DNA of 61,080 bases, the filler included. It is 4 parts of 4 records of this genome, joined end to end, with 100 filler letters (N's around TTAATTAATTAA, not from the genome) between each part and the next. Parts side by side here need not be neighbours in the genome. Positions count along the whole stretch, not along the records: positions 45,093 to 61,080 come from DRR378314_663; 3 more parts are not named here. One strand, 5' to 3'. Made by a program: the position numbers and the translations under genes. Of the stretch, positions 46,162 to 53,570 are shown one piece after another (the stretch's first letter is position 1; each line of letters opens with the position of its first letter). The notes beneath the pieces were generated by a model. The model ran no database searches. It was not told the origin of the DNA and saw only the letters and a list, made by a program, of their open reading frames with translations.

Positions 46162-47186
46162 GACCAGCAAGAACTCAATCCCGGTACGAGGCGCGTGTTC
46201 CCGGTTCCGGTTTATCGACCCTATCAATGCTTGAATTTGAATCCGAAGGGGGTTTGCCCATGCAATCGGCCCCGTTTGGCAATGCCTTGTGCAAAGTTGC
46301 GCGAGAGAACCCGGATGTGATGGCAGTTTCGGCCGATCTATCCAACGTCACTGACATCTCTCCGTTTATCAAGGAATTCCCTGACCGCTATGTTCAGGTC
46401 GGCATTTGCGAACAGGCGCTGGCAACCGTTTCGGCAGGCATGGCGCGCGAGGGAGATACGGTTTTTGCCTCGACTTATTGTGCCTTTGCGGCGCGACGGG
46501 CGTATGACTTCATCTATCAGGCAATTGCTGAAGAACAGCTAAACGTCAAAATCATCGGCGCGGTTCCGGGCCTTAGCACCGGATATGGGCCAACGCATAT
46601 GGCCCCCGAAGACATCATGATCTTCCGGGGCATCCCTGATATGACCATTATCGACCCCTGTGATGGGCTGGACACAGAACAGGCTACCTACGCCATCGCC
46701 GCATACAAAGGTCCGGTATATATGCGTATCCCACGCGTTCAGGCCCCGGTGATACTCGACCAATTCGACTACGAATTCGAGCTTGGCAAAGCCAAAATGC
46801 TTCAGGACGGCAAGGATGTTCTGTTCATTTCGACTGGTTTGATGACCACCCGTTGCATCCTTGCGGCACGCCAACTCGCCAAGGACGGCGTAGAGTGCGC
46901 AATTCTGCATGTTCCCACCCTCAAGCCGCTGGATACCAAAACCATCGTTGAGGCCTGTCGCAAAACAGGGCGTCTTGTTGTGGTCGCCGAAAATCACACC
47001 ATTCAGGGTGGTCTGGGAGAAGCAACGGCCATGGCATTGATCTCACAAGGTGTCATGCCGTCGGGCTTCCGACAAATCGCCATTCCGGATGAATTCACCG
47101 ATGCAGGCACACTTCCGACACTTCACAATCGATATGGCCTGTCGGTTCCCGAAGTCTGCAATTCTGTCAGATCCTGGCTGAAATAG
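46158..47186 (+). CDS. Split transketolase-like protein, C-terminal (pyrimidine-binding) subunit, copy 1
   Basis: SADL, GICEQ, RRAYDF, GYGPTH, KPLD, AENH...GGLG; ATGA overlap with the upstream gene. Confidence 0.9.
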   Translation: MRPARTQSRYEARVPGSGLSTLSMLEFESEGGLPMQSAPFGNALCKVARENPDVMAVSADLSNVTDISPFIKEFPDRYVQVGICEQALATVSAGMAREGDTVFASTYCAFAARRAYDFIYQAIAEEQLNVKIIGAVPGLSTGYGPTHMAPEDIMIFRGIPDMTIIDPCDGLDTEQATYAIAAYKGPVYMRIPRVQAPVILDQFDYEFELGKAKMLQDGKDVLFISTGLMTTRCILAARQLAKDGVECAILHVPTLKPLDTKTIVEACRKTGRLVVVAENHTIQGGLGEATAMALISQGVMPSGFRQIAIPDEFTDAGTLPTLHNRYGLSVPEVCNSVRSWLK

Positions 47187-47221
47187 CCGGTCAAAACGCC
47201 CCCGAGATAGAAAGTACGAGT

Positions 47222-48070
47222 ATGACCACAGATGAAAATTCACGTTCAAACGTTAGCCTGAAAGAACGTGCCACTCGCATCCGCCGCTATGCCCTGCGCA
47301 TGGGCGAAGTTCAGGGACAAGGGTACATTGCCCAGGCTCTGGGTTTGGCGGATGTCTTGGCGGTGATATATTTTCACGCCGCCAGAATGCGGCCCGAAGA
47401 CCCGGAATGGGAAGGCCGAGACCGAGTGTACCTATCGATGGGACACTATGCGATTGCACTATACGCGGCCCTAATCGAGGCCGGAATTCTGCCCGAAAAC
47501 GAATTGGAAACCTATGGCAGCGACGACAGCCGGATGCCAATGTCGGGCATGGCGGCCTACACACCGGGCATGGAGATTACGGGCGGATCGCTGGGTCACG
47601 GGCTGGGCATCGCAGTAGGTGGTGCGATGGGCCTGAAGCGCAAGAAATCTGACAGTTGGATCATCAATATGTTGTCCGACGGCGAGCTTGACGAGGGTTC
47701 AACCTGGGAAGCGGCAATGGCGGCAACCCATCACAAGCTCGATAACCTGATCGCTGTGGTCGATAACAACAACCAGCAGGCCGACGGCGCATCACAGGAG
47801 ATGCTGGGAACAGAGCCGATCCACGAAAAATTCGCCGCCTTTGGCTGGCACGTACAGCGCGTCGACGGCAACGATATCGACGCCGTCGTTGCCGCATTCG
47901 ACGGTGCCAAGGCGGGAGAAATAGCTAAACCGCATGTCATTATCTGCGACACCAAAATGGCCTGTGGCGTGCCGTTTCTCGAAGCGCGGGAGAAAAACCA
48001 TTTCTTGCGTGTTGAGCCCCAAGAGTGGGCCGAGGCCATCAAAATTATCGACGAAGGACGCATTTCATGA
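47222..48070 (+). CDS. Split transketolase-like protein, N-terminal subunit, copy 2
   Basis: DRVYLSMGH, GSLGHGLG, SDGELDEGSTWEA...DNN. Confidence 0.92.
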   Translation: MTTDENSRSNVSLKERATRIRRYALRMGEVQGQGYIAQALGLADVLAVIYFHAARMRPEDPEWEGRDRVYLSMGHYAIALYAALIEAGILPENELETYGSDDSRMPMSGMAAYTPGMEITGGSLGHGLGIAVGGAMGLKRKKSDSWIINMLSDGELDEGSTWEAAMAATHHKLDNLIAVVDNNNQQADGASQEMLGTEPIHEKFAAFGWHVQRVDGNDIDAVVAAFDGAKAGEIAKPHVIICDTKMACGVPFLEAREKNHFLRVEPQEWAEAIKIIDEGRIS

Positions 48071-49101
48071 GCGCTCAAAGATTTGGAAAATATGATCCTC
48101 GCCCTCCTGTTCCCGCAGGTCAGCGTCTGAAAACTTCCGCCATGATCGCTTCATTGGCTGCCGACGGCATGCCAGTGATTGCCGCCCCTTTTGGACAGGC
48201 TCTTAACGAATTGGCTCAATCTAACGACAAGATTGTCGGTCTTAGTGCGGATCTGGCGAAATACACAGATATCCACGTTTTCCGCGATAAATACCCAGAC
48301 CGTTTCTATCAAATGGGCATGGCCGAACAGGTTCTGGTGTCAGCAGCGGCGGGATTGGCCCGCGAGGGGTTTCAATCTTGGGCGACGACCTATGCCGTCT
48401 TTGCTGCCCGCCGCGCCTATGACTTCATTTGCATGGCAATCGCCGAAGAGAACCTGGACGTTAAAATCATTGGCGGCCTGCCCGGTTTGACCACAGGCTA
48501 TGGCCCCAGCCATCAGGCGACAGAAGATCTCGCAATCTTTCGCGGCATGCCCAACATGACGATCCTCGACCCTTGTTGTGCAACGGATATCATGCAGGCA
48601 ACCAAGGCACTGTCCGCCTATAAGGGGCCTGCCTACATGCGACTGCTGCGTGGTAATGTACCCGATGTACCGGGCGAATACGGGTATCAGTTCGAACTTG
48701 GCAAGGCCAAGATGATCCGGGACGGTGTGGATGTTCTCTATATCTCGACGGGTCTTATGACCATGCGGGTTCTGGAGGCAGCCAAAAAGCTGGCAAAAGA
48801 CGGCGTAGATTGTGCTGTGCTGCATGTGCCTACGATCAAGCCGTTTGACGCAGCAACAATTGCCGAAGCCGCCGGGAAGACAGGACGCCTGGTCATCACG
48901 GCAGAGAACCACACGATTATTGGTGGACTTGGCGAGGCAGTCGCAGCCGAGCTTATGCGGCGCGGTGTGCACCCCACTTTCCGCCAAATCGCCTGCCCGG
49001 ATGAGTTTCTGGATGCTGGTGCCTTGCCGAACCTGCACGAGCGATATGGTTTGTCGGAAGATGCAGTCATTCGTCAAACGAAAAACTGGCTCAGCGAATA
49101 A
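48067..49101 (+). CDS. Split transketolase-like protein, C-terminal subunit, copy 2
   Basis: SADLAKYTD, GMAEQ, GYGPSHQATED, AENH; ATG 48067 in an ATGA overlap. Confidence 0.92.
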   Translation: MSAQRFGKYDPRPPVPAGQRLKTSAMIASLAADGMPVIAAPFGQALNELAQSNDKIVGLSADLAKYTDIHVFRDKYPDRFYQMGMAEQVLVSAAAGLAREGFQSWATTYAVFAARRAYDFICMAIAEENLDVKIIGGLPGLTTGYGPSHQATEDLAIFRGMPNMTILDPCCATDIMQATKALSAYKGPAYMRLLRGNVPDVPGEYGYQFELGKAKMIRDGVDVLYISTGLMTMRVLEAAKKLAKDGVDCAVLHVPTIKPFDAATIAEAAGKTGRLVITAENHTIIGGLGEAVAAELMRRGVHPTFRQIACPDEFLDAGALPNLHERYGLSEDAVIRQTKNWLSE

Positions 49102-49116
49102 TCTGGAAAGTATCAA

Positions 49117-50073
49117 ATGACAAAAATAGTATTTCTTGACCGCGAAACCATTGGTCCTGGTGTCATACTCAATCGGCCTCAGACGGATCACGAGTGGGTA
49201 GAGTATCAGGCGACAGCGGAAGCGCAGGTGTTAGAGCGGGCGAAAGACGCCGATGTGATCATAACCAACAAAGTGCCCATCGGCGAAACCACTCTTGCGG
49301 GCCTGCCCAACTTGAAAATGATCGCCATCGCTGCAACCGGTTATGACGTTGTGGATGTAGCGGCATGTTCCAATCGCGGTATCATCGTGTCAAACGTGCG
49401 CGGCTATGCCATCAACACCGTTCCCGAACACGCCTTTGCACTGATCTTCGCCTTACAACGCAACATCGTGGGATACCGACAGGATGTGATTGACGGTGCA
49501 TGGCAAAAATCCGGTCAGTTCTGTTTCTTTACCCATCCCATTCGTGACCTGTCCGGGGCGCGACTTGGCATACTCGGCGAAGGCGTAATCGGGCAGTCGG
49601 TGGCACGGATAGGCCGGGCGCTTGGGATGGATGTTGTGTTTGCCTCGCATAAGGGTGTGGAGGGTCTCGGGCCACTTTACACACCTTGGGATGAGGTCAT
49701 GGAGACCAGCGATGTTCTGACCCTGCATGCTCCGCTAATGCCCGCCACACGCAATATGATCTCAACCCCGGAATTTGAGGCCATGAAGCGGAAACCCATC
49801 ATTATCAACACGTCGCGTGGGGGGCTTGTAGATGAAGCCGCCATGGTTGATGCGCTGGATCGCGGATTGATTTCCGGCATCGGTTTTGATGTGCTGACTT
49901 CAGAACCCCCTCAACCTGACAATCCGATTTTGCAAATCCTTGATCGCCCTAATGTGATCGTCACCCCGCATGTCGCCTGGGCATCAACTGAAGCACGGCA
50001 AACGCTTTGGGATCAAGTAGTGCACCATATTGATAACTTCCTGACCGGGCAGCCCTCCAATGTTGTTGGCTGA
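49117..50073 (+). CDS. D-2-hydroxyacid dehydrogenase (hydroxypyruvate reductase/glycerate dehydrogenase, HprA-like)
   Basis: IVFLDR, ITNKV, ATGYD, GEGVIG, LHAPL, INTSRGGLVDE, DVLTSEPP, TPHVAW. Confidence 0.88.
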   Translation: MTKIVFLDRETIGPGVILNRPQTDHEWVEYQATAEAQVLERAKDADVIITNKVPIGETTLAGLPNLKMIAIAATGYDVVDVAACSNRGIIVSNVRGYAINTVPEHAFALIFALQRNIVGYRQDVIDGAWQKSGQFCFFTHPIRDLSGARLGILGEGVIGQSVARIGRALGMDVVFASHKGVEGLGPLYTPWDEVMETSDVLTLHAPLMPATRNMISTPEFEAMKRKPIIINTSRGGLVDEAAMVDALDRGLISGIGFDVLTSEPPQPDNPILQILDRPNVIVTPHVAWASTEARQTLWDQVVHHIDNFLTGQPSNVVG

Positions 50074-51319
50074 AGAAAAACTGCGCGCCCTGTTTAACGC
50101 TGCACTTGAAGCGGCGGAGCCAAAGCGGATCCTTGCCAAACATCTGCCCGCAAGACCCAGTGGCCGCACAATCGTTTTGGGTGCGGGCAAAGCGTCAGCC
50201 GCGATGGCCGCGGCGGTTGAGACGCATTGGGATGGCCCTTTGGAAGGGTTGATCATTACACGCTATGGCCACAGTTGCCCAACCCGGCACCTGCGTATTG
50301 TCGAGGCGGCGCATCCGGTACCAGATGAAGCGGGACGCAAAGCCACGGCAGAACTGATGGCACTAGCCCAATCCGCCGGGCCTGATGATCTGGTGTTGTG
50401 TCTTATCTCGGGTGGCGGATCGTCACTGCTTAACGCCGCTCCCACGGGGATCACGTTCGAAGAAAAACAATCCATCAACAAGGCGCTTTTAAAATCCGGG
50501 GCACCGATTGCAGAGATCAACTGTGTCCGCAAACATCTGTCCGACATAAAAGGGGGCAAACTTGCGGCGCTGGCAGCACCGGCAAAGGTGGTCACCCTGT
50601 TGATCTCGGATGTGCCCGGAGATGACCCGGCCACTATCGCATCGGGCCCGACCGTGGCCGATTTGTCCACGAGTCAAGACGCTTTGGCAGTACTCAAACG
50701 CTATGACGTGACTGTTTCCAATACCATTCTGCAACATTTGGAAAACGCAGCATGCGAAACTCCAAAAGCGGAGGATCAGATATTCGCAAACTGCGAAACG
50801 AGAATGATCGCCACGCCGCAAATATCACTGGAAGCTGCCGCAGCCAGAGCCATGGAAATGGGGTTAACCGCCCATATCCTGAGCGACCGGATCGAAGGTG
50901 AGGCGCGGGATACGGCAAAGGCTTTGGGCGCAATCGCACTGCAGGTGGCACAACATGGCCAGCCTTTCAGCAAACCGTGCGTTCTGCTTTCTGGCGGAGA
51001 GACCACTGTGACCGTACGGGGGTCCGGGCGCGGCGGCCGCAATGTAGAGTTCTTGTTGGCCCTCGCCCACGTTCTTGAAGGTGCACCTGGGATCTATGCC
51101 CTTTCCTGTGACACTGATGGTGTAGACGGGCTGGAGGAAATTGCTGGTGCTGTGATCGGCCCACAGACTTTGAAGAACGCCAGAGATCGGGGGATGAACG
51201 CACGCGCCATGCTGGACAATAATGATGGCCACAGCTTGTTCGAAGCACTTGAGGCTCAGGTTATCACTGGTCCCACTTTGACCAATGTAAACGATTTTCG
51301 TGCGATCCTTATTGAGTGA
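50060..51319 (+). CDS. Glycerate 2-kinase, MOFRL/TtuD family
   Basis: GAGKAS, EAAHPVPD, LISGGGSSL, IKGGKLA, SDVPGDD..IASGPT, GGETTV, DTDGVDG, TGPTLTNVND. Confidence 0.92.
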   Translation: MLLAEEKLRALFNAALEAAEPKRILAKHLPARPSGRTIVLGAGKASAAMAAAVETHWDGPLEGLIITRYGHSCPTRHLRIVEAAHPVPDEAGRKATAELMALAQSAGPDDLVLCLISGGGSSLLNAAPTGITFEEKQSINKALLKSGAPIAEINCVRKHLSDIKGGKLAALAAPAKVVTLLISDVPGDDPATIASGPTVADLSTSQDALAVLKRYDVTVSNTILQHLENAACETPKAEDQIFANCETRMIATPQISLEAAAARAMEMGLTAHILSDRIEGEARDTAKALGAIALQVAQHGQPFSKPCVLLSGGETTVTVRGSGRGGRNVEFLLALAHVLEGAPGIYALSCDTDGVDGLEEIAGAVIGPQTLKNARDRGMNARAMLDNNDGHSLFEALEAQVITGPTLTNVNDFRAILIE

Positions 51320-51743
51320 GTTCGAATTTCCGGGACGGTGTCATGGCATTATTGCACAAACCGGGTTTGGTAGGCTCCGGCGTGCCGAAACCGGGCGCAA
51401 TCCCGCTGTCACGCTGGATGTTCCACTACCCAATTCAAATCCACGCCCTCTCCTGACCACATGCGATTTTACTCGCACGACACAAGATAATGACCCTGTC
51501 ACGGCACACTGCAGGCTCTACCGCCCCCTTTTGGCCCAATATACTGTCCGCACCCTCGACCGGTCACTGCGGTCATATTCCCCTCCACCGCCACATCAAT
51601 ATGTCGCAAGATTTGAAACAATCCGTTGCTCACATAGAAAAGGCCGTACGCAACAGGATCAGTCAGGATCGCCCGCAGGCATGTTTTATAAGCTAACATA
51701 CATCATGCGCCCCGGCCCTCCTGTCGCGACCAGGCCCGTGGGG

Positions 51744-52538
51744 TCAGCGCTGGTAAATCACCGGGAACCAATCTTCGCGCAGAATCTGGCCCGGCGTCAT
51801 GTCGTGACCCGGAAACGGTGGCGAAGTCGGACCGGGACGCTCGACATAACGCGCGTCATCACCCACAAGGCGCAATGAAAACGCACGGCGGCGCGTGTCG
51901 GTCGTATTGCCCCGTGCGCCATGCAAAGTGCCGTAGTTGAAGGCCACCGCGTCGCCCGGCTCCATTTCCCATTCGCGGATTGCCATACCCTCGGCGTCCG
52001 GGTCCGGCACTGGCATATATTCATCCTCATTCGGATAGAAACTGGTCTCTGCCAACCAGCGGGTGGGCAACACCGGTTTCTCCCATGCATGGCTTCCTGC
52101 CACACACCGCAGGCTGGCCCCCTTAACAGTATCCATCGGCGACCAGAAACTGACGTTCTGCATCCCATCGACAAAGTAATAAGGGCCATCCTGATGCCAC
52201 GGTGTTGGCTTGGATGTTCCCGGCTCTTTGACAAGCACATGATCGTGGAATACTTGCACACGCTTTGATTGCATCAGATCAGCAGCCACTTCGCCCGCGT
52301 CGGAGTTTCGGATCACATGTTCGAATTCACTGATACGGTTCCAGTTGCAATAATCATCGAAAAACCGCCCGCCTTCGCCTTCTTTGAGGTTCTCGGCGGC
52401 ATAGGGTCCAGGTTCATCCATATTGCGTTCAATACCCGCGCGGATCGTCTCGACATGATCGGCAAACAGCCCTTTGATCAACACAACGCCATCGCGCTGG
52501 AAGCTATTGATATCGCCTTGAGTGACAAGTGGGTGCAT
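51744..52538 (-). CDS. PhyH-family Fe(II)/2-oxoglutarate dioxygenase
   Basis: TPWHQD (HxD), distal LHG and RRAFS. ATG 52538 has a GAGGA RBS. Confidence 0.9.
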   Translation of the reverse strand: MHPLVTQGDINSFQRDGVVLIKGLFADHVETIRAGIERNMDEPGPYAAENLKEGEGGRFFDDYCNWNRISEFEHVIRNSDAGEVAADLMQSKRVQVFHDHVLVKEPGTSKPTPWHQDGPYYFVDGMQNVSFWSPMDTVKGASLRCVAGSHAWEKPVLPTRWLAETSFYPNEDEYMPVPDPDAEGMAIREWEMEPGDAVAFNYGTLHGARGNTTDTRRRAFSLRLVGDDARYVERPGPTSPPFPGHDMTPGQILREDWFPVIYQR

Positions 52539-52589
52539 GTGTTCGTCCTCCGTGTTGGGAACAGGCATAAGCAACAAAAGATTTAACTT

Positions 52590-52618
52590 CTAATAATATT
52601 TACTCATACTATTATTAG
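52590..52618. promoter_or_regulatory. Inverted repeat in the phyH-lysR divergent promoter; candidate LysR site
   Basis: CTAATAATA-11 nt-TATTATTAG, a perfect 9-bp inverted repeat in an AT-rich 84-bp spacer. Confidence 0.5.
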
Positions 52619-52622
52619 GCCA

Positions 52623-53570
52623 ATGCTATACCTTACTCTTCGTCAATATGAATATATTGTCGGCGTTGCCGACACAGGCAGCCTGACCAAAGCTGCTGCG
52701 CAACTGAATGTCTCGCAACCCTCGCTTTCGGTTGCGATCACACGGGTCGAACAGCACCTCAAACGCACGATTTTCCTGCGCGGAAAAGGGTCTGCAATTG
52801 AAATTACCCCTTTCGGTCACCGTCTGATCGCCAAGGCGCGGAGTCTCTTGGCGTTAGGGGCTGAGATTGAACAGGATCACGACGCGGCGCAGACATGGGT
52901 GCTGGGTTGTTTTGCAGATATCGCGCCATGGTACATGGCCCCCGTACTCAAGAAACTTGGTGACCGTTTTCCAGCGCTGACATTTGTAGGGCGCGAAGGG
53001 CGCTTTGCTGATCTGGGGCGCGATCTGGCGGAAGGAAAGATAGATTTTGCGATTTCCTATGATGTCGGATTCGAGGGAAATTTCACGCGGCGCAAACTGG
53101 TTGATATCGCGCCAGTGGCCTTTGTCGCCACGGACCATCCTTTAGCGCAGGCAAACACGCTGGAACTCTCTGACCTAAAAGATATGCCTCTGATCCTGTT
53201 CAACGAGGATCTGTCGGAAGGGTTCATGCGGGATTTGTTTACGCGAATAAATCTGACACCTGTGATTAAGCAAAAGGTGGCATCGCTGGAAATGATGCGC
53301 TCTCTTGCGGCAAATGGTGTGGGCGTTGGCATCAGCTATTCCCGCCCACCCGGGCACCTGAGCTACGATGGCAAACCTCTTGTGACGCTGCCAATTGCCA
53401 CGCCAGAGGCCAAAACAGAAATTGCCCTGATCTGGTCAGGCTTGCGAGCAGATTCCTCTGATTTCGACGCCATCCTTGATGTGCTTACACCTCCAGTGGT
53501 TGATGCTGTAAGCTCTGAGAGAGCGGGCCTCAGGCGCATTCGTCAAGGATTTGGTCCAGAACAGCGATGA
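52623..53570 (+). CDS. LysR-family transcriptional regulator
   Basis: TLRQYEY...GSLTKAAAQLNVSQPSLSVAI HTH plus substrate-binding domain; divergent from phyH. Confidence 0.95.
   Translation: MLYLTLRQYEYIVGVADTGSLTKAAAQLNVSQPSLSVAITRVEQHLKRTIFLRGKGSAIEITPFGHRLIAKARSLLALGAEIEQDHDAAQTWVLGCFADIAPWYMAPVLKKLGDRFPALTFVGREGRFADLGRDLAEGKIDFAISYDVGFEGNFTRRKLVDIAPVAFVATDHPLAQANTLELSDLKDMPLILFNEDLSEGFMRDLFTRINLTPVIKQKVASLEMMRSLAANGVGVGISYSRPPGHLSYDGKPLVTLPIATPEAKTEIALIWSGLRADSSDFDAILDVLTPPVVDAVSSERAGLRRIRQGFGPEQR

Noticed and set aside
51300-51878. ORFs in the gck-phyH gap (192-aa + ORF; 66-aa - ORF with faint NUDIX-like GQYIGPKGG)
   Set aside because: No clear RBS or Nudix box, and the long ORF overlaps both neighbours. 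At most a decayed remnant; not supportable without a profile search.
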